Shown: one piece after another, positions 29,538 to 38,687 of the stretch | Layout of the letters: each line of letters opens with the position of its first letter | Position numbering within the stretch: the stretch's first letter is position 1 | DNA from: an uncultured delta proteobacterium | Lineage (GTDB): Bacteria; Desulfobacterota; Binatia; UBA9968 | Reading direction: 5' to 3' | Assembly: GCA_963840855.1 (NCBI GenBank) | Contig: CAWJBB010000021.1 | Span: 96,001-160,000 of the forward strand | Length of the DNA stretch: 64,000 bases | Program-made: the position numbers and the translations under genes | The notes under the pieces: generated by a model | What the model was told of the DNA's origin: nothing | The model's input: the letters and a program-made list of their open reading frames with translations, nothing else | Database searches by the model: none

Positions 29538-31043
29538 TCAGCGCTGCGGCCTGAGGAGCGGAAACAGGATAACGTCGCGAATGGAAGGCGAATCGGTGAA
29601 CAACATCACCAGGCGGTCGATGCCGATGCCCTCGCCGGCGGCCGGCGGCATGCCAAACTCTAAAGCACGGACATAGTCGTCGTCGATCGGGTTGGCGGTA
29701 TCGTCGCCGGCAGCGCGCGCTGCCATCTGTTCGAGAAAGCGTTGCCGCTGATCGACGGGATCATTGAGCTCGGAGAAAGCATTGGCCAACTCGCGCCCAC
29801 CGATGTAGAGTTCGAAACGGTCTACCAGAGCGGGATTCTGATCGTTTTTGCGCGCCAGCGGCGAGACTTCGATCGGAAAGCCGGTCACAAAAGTCGGCTG
29901 CATGAGCTGCGCCTCCGCCACCTCCTCGAAAACCTCCACCAGCAAATTGCCGTAGGGAACCTTGAGATCGACGCGCAATCCTGTTTTCTGAGCAAACTTT
30001 TGCAATCCTTCCAGATCGTCGATCTCCCCTGGCGCAGCGCCGCCATGGGCGACAATCGCCTCGGGGATCGTCAGCCGTCGCCAGGGCGGCGTCAAGTCAA
30101 TGGTCTGGCCGGCGTAAGTCACCTGCAGCGAGCCGTTAATTTCCTTGGCGATGGCGACGAACAGCTCCTCGGTGAGCTTAATGAGATCATCGAAGGTTGC
30201 ATACGCTTGATAGAATTCGATCATGGTGAATTCCGGATTGTGGCGCACCGAAATGCCTTCGTTGCGAAAATTCCGGTTCAATTCGAAAACCCGCTCGAAG
30301 CCGCCGACCAGGAGCCGTTTCAAAAATAATTCCGGCGCCACCCGGAGGTAGAGATCCATAGCCAGCGTATTGTGGTGGGTGATAAACGGTCGAGCGGCGG
30401 CGCCGCCGGGAATTGCCTGCATCATCGGCGTTTCGACTTCGAGAAAATCACGCTCCTCAAAGAAGCGCCGCAATTGCCGCACGATGCGCGAACGTTTCTC
30501 AAAAACCTCGCGCACCTCTGGATTGACCATCAAATCGACATACCGTTGGCGGTAACGCGCCTCGACATCGGCGAGCCCATGCCACTTTTCCGGCAATGGC
30601 CGCAAGCATTTCGTCAACAAGCGAAGCTCTTGCGCTTCCAGGGTCAGCTCCTTGGTCCGGGTACGAAATAGATGGCCGGTGACGCCGACAATATCGCCGA
30701 TGTCAAGGGTGCGAAACAAAGCGTAAGCTTCCTCGCCCAGTTGGTTCTGCTGGGCGTAGACTTGCAACTGCCCGCGCCGGTCCCGCATGTGAAAAAAAGA
30801 AGCTTTGCCCATTCTTCGGATGGCCATAATCCGGCCCGCAACCCGAAGGTCTTTCGGCGCCGCGCTCAATCGCTCGTCCTCTGCAGCAGCAAAGTCCGCG
30901 ACGATTGCAGAGACCGTATGCGTCGGCTTGAAATCGTTGGGATAAGCCCGTAACCCGCCTTCCCTGAGTTTGGCGAGCTTCTGCCGCCTCACCTCGACCT
31001 GTTCGCTGCCACCATCCAGGTAATTGTTTTCCTGATCCGACAT
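29538..31043 (-). CDS. lysS: Lysine--tRNA ligase, class II
   Basis: RYRQRYVDL, FRNEG..HNPEFT and GIGIDRL motifs. Confidence 0.97.
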   Translation of the reverse strand: MSDQENNYLDGGSEQVEVRRQKLAKLREGGLRAYPNDFKPTHTVSAIVADFAAAEDERLSAAPKDLRVAGRIMAIRRMGKASFFHMRDRRGQLQVYAQQNQLGEEAYALFRTLDIGDIVGVTGHLFRTRTKELTLEAQELRLLTKCLRPLPEKWHGLADVEARYRQRYVDLMVNPEVREVFEKRSRIVRQLRRFFEERDFLEVETPMMQAIPGGAAARPFITHHNTLAMDLYLRVAPELFLKRLLVGGFERVFELNRNFRNEGISVRHNPEFTMIEFYQAYATFDDLIKLTEELFVAIAKEINGSLQVTYAGQTIDLTPPWRRLTIPEAIVAHGGAAPGEIDDLEGLQKFAQKTGLRVDLKVPYGNLLVEVFEEVAEAQLMQPTFVTGFPIEVSPLARKNDQNPALVDRFELYIGGRELANAFSELNDPVDQRQRFLEQMAARAAGDDTANPIDDDYVRALEFGMPPAAGEGIGIDRLVMLFTDSPSIRDVILFPLLRPQR

Positions 31044-31104
31044 GGTATGTGCCGTGCGGCTTAGAATCCCAATGCGACTTCAAGCTCCGGCGTAAGCGCC
31101 AGAC

Positions 31105-31968
31105 TCACAGGCCAAGATTCTCACAAACCGCCGCCACAGAGCGCGACTTGTTTAGCGAATAGAAATGAAATCCCGGCACGCCGAATCGGATAAGGTTCTC
31201 GCATTGGCGGCTGGCATATTCGATGCCCGTTTGAACCGCCGCATCGTCATCGTTTTCGACCTTGATCAATTCTTCTTCCAATTTTGCCGGGATTTTCGAC
31301 CCGCACAGGGAGACGAAGCGGCGGATCTGGGACGCCGATAAAATGGGCAATATACCGGGCACAATCGGGACGGTCAGGCCTAGCCTCCTCGCATCCTCGA
31401 CGAAACGGTAGTAATCCTCATTGTCAAAAAAAAGTTGGGTAATAACGGCCGCGGCGCCGGCATCGACTTTTTCCTGCAGATAGCGCAAGTCCGACGCGCG
31501 GCTGAGCGCGCGCGGGTGAACCTCGGGAAATCCCGCTACTGCCACCGCAAAACCGCCCCGGCTGTTCGCTTCGCGTACCAACTCCACGGCGTAATGAAAC
31601 CCGTCCGGATGCGGCTTCCACTCACTAGCTCCCTGCGGGGGATCGCCGCCCAGGGCGAGCAGATTTTCAATTCCCTTTTGCTTGAGCTTATCGAGTACGG
31701 CTCGGGCCTCGTCCTTGGACTGGCCCACGACCGTTAGATGGCACATCACCTCCAGCGCGCACTGGCGATGAATGCGGTCAACCAAGTCGACGGTTTTTTC
31801 GCGCGTGCTTCCGCCAGCCCCGTACGTAACAGAGCAGAAGGCGGGTTTGAGCCTCTTGATGATCTCGATTTCGCTGAAGAGGTTCTCGTCGCCTTTGTCT
31901 GTCTTTGGGGGAAAGAACTCGACCGAGAGGGTCAACCCCGGCTGGGCGTACAGATCGTTTAATCTCAC
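31105..31968 (-). CDS. metF: 5,10-methylenetetrahydrofolate reductase
   Basis: SVEFFPPKT, VTYGAGGS, ITQLFFD and HFYSLN motifs. Confidence 0.95.
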   Translation of the reverse strand: MRLNDLYAQPGLTLSVEFFPPKTDKGDENLFSEIEIIKRLKPAFCSVTYGAGGSTREKTVDLVDRIHRQCALEVMCHLTVVGQSKDEARAVLDKLKQKGIENLLALGGDPPQGASEWKPHPDGFHYAVELVREANSRGGFAVAVAGFPEVHPRALSRASDLRYLQEKVDAGAAAVITQLFFDNEDYYRFVEDARRLGLTVPIVPGILPILSASQIRRFVSLCGSKIPAKLEEELIKVENDDDAAVQTGIEYASRQCENLIRFGVPGFHFYSLNKSRSVAAVCENLGL

Positions 31969-32072
31969 GCAAGCTGATCCTTGATGACTACCTTCGGCGT
32001 GGAGTTATTAGTAGCACAAGGTTTTGCGGTGAACAATCGCCGGCGCGGTGCCGATAATTTGACAAGCGAATG

Positions 32073-32525
32073 TCATGTCGCCTCGAAGTTTCGACGCACC
32101 GCCACAGGATCGCAGTCCGAACCGGCTTGCGCGGTGATCAGCGCTCTCAAGTCATCGGTATGTTGGAGCCACGCCGCTTTGATCGATTCGGGGACAGCGT
32201 GGGACTCCAGAGTTTCCTTGAGGATCTGTTTGCGGCGCGCGAAGTGCCCGCCCATGATCGGGTGTTTAGCGTGCACCTGGTCAAGAGGCTTGCCCCGATA
32301 TTCAATCGGTGCGCCGAGGAAATGGGCGGCCAATTGATACTCCAGCTCCTTTAGTCTTCTGCGGTCCGCGTTGCGAAAGAAAAACCCGATCATGCGATCC
32401 TGAAACACAAGATCGATGAACTGATCAATGATCGCTTTTAGTGCCGTTTCTCCGCCCAGTTGGTCAAAGTAGCTGGGCGCAGTCGTGTGGCCTTGGCCTG
32501 ATTGATTTTGACTTTGGCTATCCAT
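32073..32525 (-). CDS. Group I truncated (2/2) globin
   Basis: FDQLGG, D.MIGFFF, FLGAP..YRGK.L..VH (proximal His) and HF motifs. Confidence 0.85.
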   Translation of the reverse strand: MDSQSQNQSGQGHTTAPSYFDQLGGETALKAIIDQFIDLVFQDRMIGFFFRNADRRRLKELEYQLAAHFLGAPIEYRGKPLDQVHAKHPIMGGHFARRKQILKETLESHAVPESIKAAWLQHTDDLRALITAQAGSDCDPVAVRRNFEAT

Positions 32526-32596
32526 AGCGCGGGTTGGGAAAATGGGCGAATGGTCAAAAGGCGCGAGCGCGGCGACGATTTGTCGTATTCACGGTA

Positions 32597-32917
32597 TCAC
32601 ATCATGCCGAGCTGGAGTCGCGCGGCTTCGGACATCTTACTGGGATCCCAAGGCGGATCCCAGACCAGATCGATCTTCACCTCGGAAACACCCGGAATGG
32701 CCTTCACCTTTCCCTCGATCTCCGCAGGCATCGACTGAGCCGCAGGACAATGCGGGGATGTCAACGTCATCTTGATCTCCACGACGCCGGCAGTATCGGC
32801 GTGGACGTCATAAATCAGGCCCAGCTCGTAGATATTCACCGGGATCTCCGGGTCATAGCAGGTGCGCAGGGCGTCCTGCACCTGCGCTTCTATAACGGTT
32901 TCATTGATACTTTCCAT
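32597..32917 (-). CDS. DUF59 SUF-associated Fe-S assembly protein
   Basis: YDPEIPVNIYELGLIY, MTLTSPHCP and WDPPW motifs. Confidence 0.92.
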   Translation of the reverse strand: MESINETVIEAQVQDALRTCYDPEIPVNIYELGLIYDVHADTAGVVEIKMTLTSPHCPAAQSMPAEIEGKVKAIPGVSEVKIDLVWDPPWDPSKMSEAARLQLGMM

Positions 32918-33474
32918 TATTCGATCCCCAATTGTAGTTTCGCCGCCTCCGAAATCATGCTCTGATTCCATGGCGGCTCCCAGATCAGATCCACGTCCGC
33001 CTCCCGCACGCCCGCCACCGCCAGCAGTTTTTTTCGAATGTCTTCTTTGAGAAATTGCCCCATGCCACAACCCTGCGCGGTGAGCGTAAATCGCACCTCG
33101 GAGCGATAGCCGCCTTGTGTGAGCCGGGTCACGCCACAGTGGTAGATCAATCCCAAATCGACGATGTTTACCGGAATCTCGGGATCGAAACAGGATCTCA
33201 GTTGGCTCCACACGCGCTTTTCGATCGCCTCAATGTTTTCGCCCGTAACAGACTCTTCAGGTCTTAGCGCGCTTACCGCCGCCATGCCGAGGGCATCGCC
33301 GTCATAGCCGTCGATATGGGCCATATGTCCGCGCTCGGTCATCACGGTGTAGCTGCCGCCCAGAGATTGGGTGAGCCAGACGGTGCTGCCGGCGGGCAGC
33401 GTGGACTTTTCGCCGCTCGGCACCAATACCGCGGCGCAATCCCGTTTGAGGATAATAGGCCTATCACTGCTCAT
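32917..33474 (-). CDS. sufT: Fe-S assembly protein SufT (DUF59 with N-terminal extension)
   Basis: TQSLGGSYTV, CFDPEIPVNIVDLGL and TLTAQGCGMG motifs. Confidence 0.88.
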   Translation of the reverse strand: MSSDRPIILKRDCAAVLVPSGEKSTLPAGSTVWLTQSLGGSYTVMTERGHMAHIDGYDGDALGMAAVSALRPEESVTGENIEAIEKRVWSQLRSCFDPEIPVNIVDLGLIYHCGVTRLTQGGYRSEVRFTLTAQGCGMGQFLKEDIRKKLLAVAGVREADVDLIWEPPWNQSMISEAAKLQLGIE

Positions 33475-33497
33475 GCCGCAATCCTCCTTATCACCCG

Positions 33498-33947
33498 TCA
33501 TTCCGTGCTGGCGACCTCGGAGCCGCCCTTGAGCGCGGAATTCATGGTATGCCACGCCAGGCTGGCGCACTTGACCCGCGCGGGAAATTTGGCCACCCCG
33601 GAAAGAACGGTAAGCTTTCCCAAGCTTTGGCCGCCCTCCGCGCCATCACCGGTGAGCATCTTATGGACTTTATCAAACAATTCTTCCGCATCGGATTCCC
33701 TCTTGCCCTTGAGTTCCGCCGTCATTATCGACGCCGACGCCTTGGAGATTGCGCAGCCCGAGCCTTGAAAGCTGATGTCTTCAATCAGCCCGTCCCGCAG
33801 CCGCAGATAAACCATCACATGATCGCCGCACAGTGGATTAAATCCTTCGGCCTTGCGATCGGCGTTCTCAATCACACGAAAATTGCGCGGGCTTTTATTG
33901 TGATCGAGAATAACCTCTTGATAGAGGTCCTCAAGTTCCGCCATCAT
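33498..33947 (-). CDS. sufU: SUF system NifU-family sulfur-transfer protein
   Basis: LYQEVILDH, NPLCGD, GCAISKAS and RVKCA motifs. Confidence 0.95.
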   Translation of the reverse strand: MMAELEDLYQEVILDHNKSPRNFRVIENADRKAEGFNPLCGDHVMVYLRLRDGLIEDISFQGSGCAISKASASIMTAELKGKRESDAEELFDKVHKMLTGDGAEGGQSLGKLTVLSGVAKFPARVKCASLAWHTMNSALKGGSEVASTE

Positions 33948-35206
33948 CCAAACACCTTGAGCACGCTTTGAATCGCGTTGGCGAGAACATCGATTTCGTC
34001 CCGGGTATTGTAAAACGCGAAGGACGCCCGCGTGGTCGCCGGCACGCCGAAGCGCTGCATCACCGGCATGGCGCAATGATGGCCGGCGCGCACCGCGACG
34101 CCTTCTTGATCGAGTATCGTGCCGACATCGTGGGCGTGGATTTTATCGAAGACGAAAGAAAGCACCCCGACCTTTTCCTTGGCCGTGCCGATGATCCGCA
34201 GGCCGTCAATCACCGCTAGCTTTTCCGTGGCATAGGCCAGCAGGTCTTCTTCATGGGCCACAACCTGCTCCCACGCCAGGCGTTGCAAGTAATCGACGGC
34301 AGCGCCGAGCCCGATGCCGCCGGCAATGTTCGGTGTTCCCGCTTCGAATTTATAGGGCAAGACGTTGTAGTGGGTTTTCTCGAAGGTCACCAGGCTGATC
34401 ATGTCGCCGCCGCCTTGATATGGCGGCATCTTGTCGAGCAGTTCCCGCCGCCCGTAGAGCACACCGACCCCGGTGGGACCAAACATCTTGTGGCCGGAAA
34501 AGGCATAAAAATCGCACCCTAGCTCCTGGACATTGACTTTGAGATGGGGCACGGCTTGCGCGCCATCCAGCATCACCGGAATTCCGCGATCATGGGCCGC
34601 CGCCACGATCTCGTGCACCGGCGCGACGGTGCCCAACGCATTGGACACATGGGTCACCGAAACGATTTTCGTCTTATCATTGAGCAAGCGGCGGTATTCG
34701 TCCAACACCAACTCGCCGTCGTGATTGATCGGGATCACGCGCAGGCGCGCGCCGGTCTGTTCGCGGAGCATCTGCCAGGGCACGATGTTGGAATGGTGCT
34801 CCATAGCCGAAATAATGATTTCGTCGCCCGCCTTCAGCGCGCTGCGCCCGTAACTTTGCGCGACGAGATTAACGGCCTCGGTGGTGCCGCGCACGAAAAT
34901 AATTTCCTCTTTATGCGCGGCGTTAATGAAGGCTTGTATTTTCTGGCGCGCTTCTTCATAGGCCGCGGTGGCCCGCTCGCTCAGGAAATGCACGCCGCGG
35001 TGAATGTTGGAGTTCTCTTCGCGATAATACCGGCTCAGGGCTTCGATGACCGCTTGGGGCTTCTGACTGGTAGCGCCGTTGTCGAGGTAGACCAGCGGCT
35101 TGCCATGGACGCTGCGGCTGAGGATGGGAAAATCACGGCGCACGTGAGCGACATCGAACCGCACGCGCCGTGAACCGCCCGCCATCACTTCTTTCGCCGC
35201 TTTCAT
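33944..35206 (-). CDS. sufS: Cysteine desulfurase
   Basis: YLDNGATSQKP, FSGHKM and RAGHHCA motifs. Confidence 0.96.
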   Translation of the reverse strand: MKAAKEVMAGGSRRVRFDVAHVRRDFPILSRSVHGKPLVYLDNGATSQKPQAVIEALSRYYREENSNIHRGVHFLSERATAAYEEARQKIQAFINAAHKEEIIFVRGTTEAVNLVAQSYGRSALKAGDEIIISAMEHHSNIVPWQMLREQTGARLRVIPINHDGELVLDEYRRLLNDKTKIVSVTHVSNALGTVAPVHEIVAAAHDRGIPVMLDGAQAVPHLKVNVQELGCDFYAFSGHKMFGPTGVGVLYGRRELLDKMPPYQGGGDMISLVTFEKTHYNVLPYKFEAGTPNIAGGIGLGAAVDYLQRLAWEQVVAHEEDLLAYATEKLAVIDGLRIIGTAKEKVGVLSFVFDKIHAHDVGTILDQEGVAVRAGHHCAMPVMQRFGVPATTRASFAFYNTRDEIDVLANAIQSVLKVFG

Positions 35207-36531
35207 TGCAATGCCGCCGTTCTGCCGAATTGGCTTAATAGATATTCATCCAAGCGCGCGCGCAGGGAGGCGACTTTCACCCTGTTTAGAATTTCCGCCG
35301 CAAAGGCGTAGCTCAAAAGGCTCCGGGCGTCTTCTGCGCCGATGCCGCGGCAGCGCAAATAAAACAGCGCGTCGCGGTCCAACTGGCCAATGGTCGATCC
35401 ATGGCTGCATTTAACATCGTCGGCGTAGATCTGCAGTTGCGGTTTGCTATTGACCACCGCGTCCTTGGAAAGCATCAGGTTTTTATTAGTCTGGCGCGCG
35501 TCCGATTTTTGCGCAGCCTCGCGCACGAGGATTTTGCCGTTAAACACGCCGCGGGCGTGGCCGCGCAGAATACCTTTATATAACTCCCGGCTCGACGCCC
35601 GCGGCTGCGCATGATCGATCTCCGTGTGATTGTCGATATGCTGATCGCCTTCGGTCAAGTAAAGGCCGTTAAGGTTACACTCCGCGCCTTCGCCGGCGAG
35701 AATCGCCTGGACATCGTTGCGCACCAGAGCGCCGCCTAAAGTAACCTGATGGCTCATAAGACTCGTCCCGCGCTCCAGACGCGCCGAGATCGTGCCCACG
35801 TGAAAAGCCGTTTCTCCTTCGCGTTGCAGGCGATAGTGATCGATAACACTCCCGGCCGCCGCGGCGATTTCCGTCACCGGATTTGCAAAGTAGACGCCCT
35901 TGCCAAGCCCCACATAACTTTCGACGATCCTAACCTCGCTCATTTCGGCACAAACGATAAGATTTCGCGGATGCAGGACCACGGGCTGGGCGGCGCCCGT
36001 CGAGACGAAAACGATATGGATCGGCGCTTCCAACCGGCAACCCTGGGGAATGAAAACGGCGGCGCCGTCCTCCATAAATGCCGTGTTGAGCGCGACAAAA
36101 GCGCGGTCGTCAAATCCCGCGTAGTGCGCCAGCCACGGCGCGACGAGGTCGTCATTGTAACTCAACAGTTCGGCCAAGCTCTGGAGGCGCATGCCCGGCG
36201 GCAGGTTTGTCGCTGCAGAGTGTTTGGCAGAGTAAATGCCATTGATAAACACAAGACGGTTCGGCGCCCCATCCGCGAAGGAGAGAGCGAGCAAATCTTT
36301 CGTTGCAACCGCGACGCCGTTTTGCTTTGTCAAACTAAAATCCAGCGCGGCGATGGGATCAACATTGGTGTATTTCCAGTCTTCGTGGCGCGTCGTCGGA
36401 AAGCCCAGCTCGCCAAATCTCTCGATGGCCGACCGGCGCAGCTTGGCGAGCCAGGAAGGGCCCCTGCCGTTAGCGAAGCGCCTCTCAAACGCGCTCAGAA
36501 ATTGTTCTTTACCTTTGCTGGTAGCCATCAC
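35203..36531 (-). CDS. sufD: Fe-S assembly protein SufD
   Basis: EDWKYT, VFNGKI and ADDVKCSHG motifs. Confidence 0.92.
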   Translation of the reverse strand: MMATSKGKEQFLSAFERRFANGRGPSWLAKLRRSAIERFGELGFPTTRHEDWKYTNVDPIAALDFSLTKQNGVAVATKDLLALSFADGAPNRLVFINGIYSAKHSAATNLPPGMRLQSLAELLSYNDDLVAPWLAHYAGFDDRAFVALNTAFMEDGAAVFIPQGCRLEAPIHIVFVSTGAAQPVVLHPRNLIVCAEMSEVRIVESYVGLGKGVYFANPVTEIAAAAGSVIDHYRLQREGETAFHVGTISARLERGTSLMSHQVTLGGALVRNDVQAILAGEGAECNLNGLYLTEGDQHIDNHTEIDHAQPRASSRELYKGILRGHARGVFNGKILVREAAQKSDARQTNKNLMLSKDAVVNSKPQLQIYADDVKCSHGSTIGQLDRDALFYLRCRGIGAEDARSLLSYAFAAEILNRVKVASLRARLDEYLLSQFGRTAALQ

Positions 36532-36547
36532 TTTGCTGCCTGCTGAA

Positions 36548-36614
36548 ATTCAATTCAAATTTCCGGTTTCAAGGTGCAAGGATTTTGCCGCAATGTTTCA
36601 ACTTTGAACTTTGG
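36548..36614. repeat. Degenerate 7-mer TTCAA/TTGAAC array
   Basis: ttcaaat ttccggt ttcaagg tgcaagg ... tttcaac tttgaac tttgg. Confidence 0.55.
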
Positions 36615-36627
36615 TTGCAGTTGCGTT

Positions 36628-37386
36628 CTAGAGCGCCGCCCCGGCTTCGCTCTTAAGCCAATCGTAGCCTTTCTTTTCGAGCTCCAAGGCCAACTCTTTA
36701 ACGCCGGATTTTACGATGCGTCCTTCATAAAGGACATGGATAAAATCGGGAATAATATAATCCAGCAGGCGCTGGTAGTGCGTAATGACGAGCATCGCCC
36801 GGTCCTTGGCCCGCAGCGCGTTGACGCCGCCCGCCACCACGCGCAGGGCATCGATATCCAGACCTGAGTCGGTTTCGTCGAGGATAGCAAGCTTGGGGTC
36901 CAACACCGCCATCTGTAAAATTTCGTTGCGTTTCTTTTCGCCGCCGGAGAAACCTTCGTTGAGGGGCCGGTTGAGCAAAGCCTGTTCCATCTCGACTAGC
37001 TTCAGCCTGTCCTTGATCAAAGACAGGAACTCCATTGCGTCGAGCTCCTCGAGCCCCCGATGCTTGCGCACCGCGTTGAGCGCCGCCTTGAGAAAAAAAG
37101 TGGTGCTGATTCCCGGAATTTCCACCGGATATTGAAAGGCCAGAAAAATTCCCTCACGGGCTCGCTCTTCAGGGCTCATGGTCAATAGATTTCTGCCCTG
37201 ATACAAAACCTCGCCGTCCGTTACTTCGTAGTTTTCCCGCCCCGCAAGCACATGGGCGAGGGTGCTTTTGCCCGACCCGTTGGGTCCCATGATCGCGTGC
37301 ACTTCACCGGCGCCAACGGACAGATTGATACCGCGCAAAATCTCTCTGTCGCCGACTTTAACGTGCAATTTTCTTATTTCCAACAT
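36628..37386 (-). CDS. sufC: Fe-S assembly ATPase
   Basis: [28 protein letters not shown] and DETDSGLD motifs. Confidence 0.96.
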   Translation of the reverse strand: MLEIRKLHVKVGDREILRGINLSVGAGEVHAIMGPNGSGKSTLAHVLAGRENYEVTDGEVLYQGRNLLTMSPEERAREGIFLAFQYPVEIPGISTTFFLKAALNAVRKHRGLEELDAMEFLSLIKDRLKLVEMEQALLNRPLNEGFSGGEKKRNEILQMAVLDPKLAILDETDSGLDIDALRVVAGGVNALRAKDRAMLVITHYQRLLDYIIPDFIHVLYEGRIVKSGVKELALELEKKGYDWLKSEAGAAL

Positions 37387-37404
37387 CGATGACGACCTCT
37401 CCAA

Positions 37405-37857
37405 TTAGACCGCTTTCCGCATGGGCACTTTAATGAGCCGCCCCCTGAGCCCCTGGCGATCGGCGATGTCGCTGATAAATACGCCCCCGAGAAAATTGGC
37501 CAGTACCGCCTGCGCCTCTTCCCAAACCGATTTTTGCGAACAAACCGAACAGAAAGAACAGTAACTGGCGCCTTGTTCAAGACATTCCATCAACACCAAC
37601 GGCCGCTCGACGCATTCATAGACATCCTTAATGCTGATCGCCGGCGGCGGCTTGGCGAGAGTGAAACCGCCTTTTGAGCCCACGTGGGACTCCACCAAAC
37701 CACCTGCCACCAAATCTTTCATGATTTTGGAAAGATAAAATGACGGGATGCCTTGGCTATGCTCGATGTCCGAACGGCTTACGACTTTGCCAGCGGGCTG
37801 GCCGGCGATATATGATAAAGCGCGCACGGCGTAATCGACCCGCCGCCCGACATTCAT
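37405..37857 (-). CDS. Rrf2-family transcriptional regulator (IscR-like)
   Basis: DYAVRAL, YLSKI, G.KGGF.LA and Cys cluster CLEQGASYCSFCSVC. Confidence 0.92.
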   Translation of the reverse strand: MNVGRRVDYAVRALSYIAGQPAGKVVSRSDIEHSQGIPSFYLSKIMKDLVAGGLVESHVGSKGGFTLAKPPPAISIKDVYECVERPLVLMECLEQGASYCSFCSVCSQKSVWEEAQAVLANFLGGVFISDIADRQGLRGRLIKVPMRKAV

Positions 37858-37914
37858 CAGCGAGCTTCTTTCAGATCTCACCTTGCCGCGCTTCATAAGC
37901 TCTTTCTGAATTTA

Positions 37915-37944
37915 AATATAGACTCTTAAGGTCTTTATTGTCAA
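37915..37944 (-). promoter_or_regulatory. Sigma70-type promoter overlapped by a candidate Rrf2 operator
   Basis: Minus strand TTGACA-N18-TATATT; palindrome AATATAGAC-N7-GTCTTTATT (8/9) at 37915-37939. Confidence 0.7.
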
Positions 37945-38185
37945 GATAGCGGGTCGCAACGAGCCGCAGGGCGACTTCAGATTCAGGAAGTAAAAACAGG
38001 CCCGCACTTTCCCGGATTTTGCCTCTGTCCCGCTACAGACAGAGGCCAGCTGGGATAAGAAGAAAACTCCAGGGCATGAATGCTACAGCCAAGCCATTTA
38101 AGAATCTAACCATAGTGAGCTGCCTTGACTTGGTCGCTGTCGGGCATTACCCTTATCGTGAGGAGCGCAGTTCACGGAGTCAAAA

Positions 38186-38557
38186 ATGAGCGATCTACTA
38201 AATCAAATCGGCCAGCAGGATTCGGAGCACTTGGACTTGACGCTCACGGACGGCGCCGTGCAGCAAATAAAGCGCCTGCTGGCGCGGGATAAGCGCTCCG
38301 GGCATGGTCTGCGGGTTTCGATCAGTGACGGCGGTTGTTCGGGCTACTCGTACAAACTGGACTTCGAAAAGGAAGAGCAATCCGGCGATACGGTTTTACA
38401 GTTCGACGATCTCAAGGTCTTCGTCGACGCGCAGAGCGCCAGCTATCTCAAAGGCACAGTGATTGACTTTACCTCTGGCCTTTACGGCGGCGGCTTTAAA
38501 TTTTCCAATCCAAACGCCACCGGCACCTGCGGCTGCGGCACCTCTTTTTCCGCTTAG
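38186..38557 (+). CDS. A-type Fe-S carrier (IscA/ErpA/HesB family)
   Basis: GGCSG.SY, F.NPNA and CGCG.SF motifs. Confidence 0.95.
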   Translation: MSDLLNQIGQQDSEHLDLTLTDGAVQQIKRLLARDKRSGHGLRVSISDGGCSGYSYKLDFEKEEQSGDTVLQFDDLKVFVDAQSASYLKGTVIDFTSGLYGGGFKFSNPNATGTCGCGTSFSA

Positions 38558-38687
38558 TTTCGCTTTTCTATTTCGAACTTGCTCATCCCACGCTCCCCGC
38601 CCCACGTGCGGGCAGCTGGTTGTTCCCGGCCCCTTTGACACATTCCCGTTATCTTGCTAACGAAATCAGGAATAATCTCAGGAGAAT

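Noticed and set aside
31969-32072. SAM/SAH riboswitch upstream of metF
   Set aside because: About 100 bp with no recognisable aptamer consensus.
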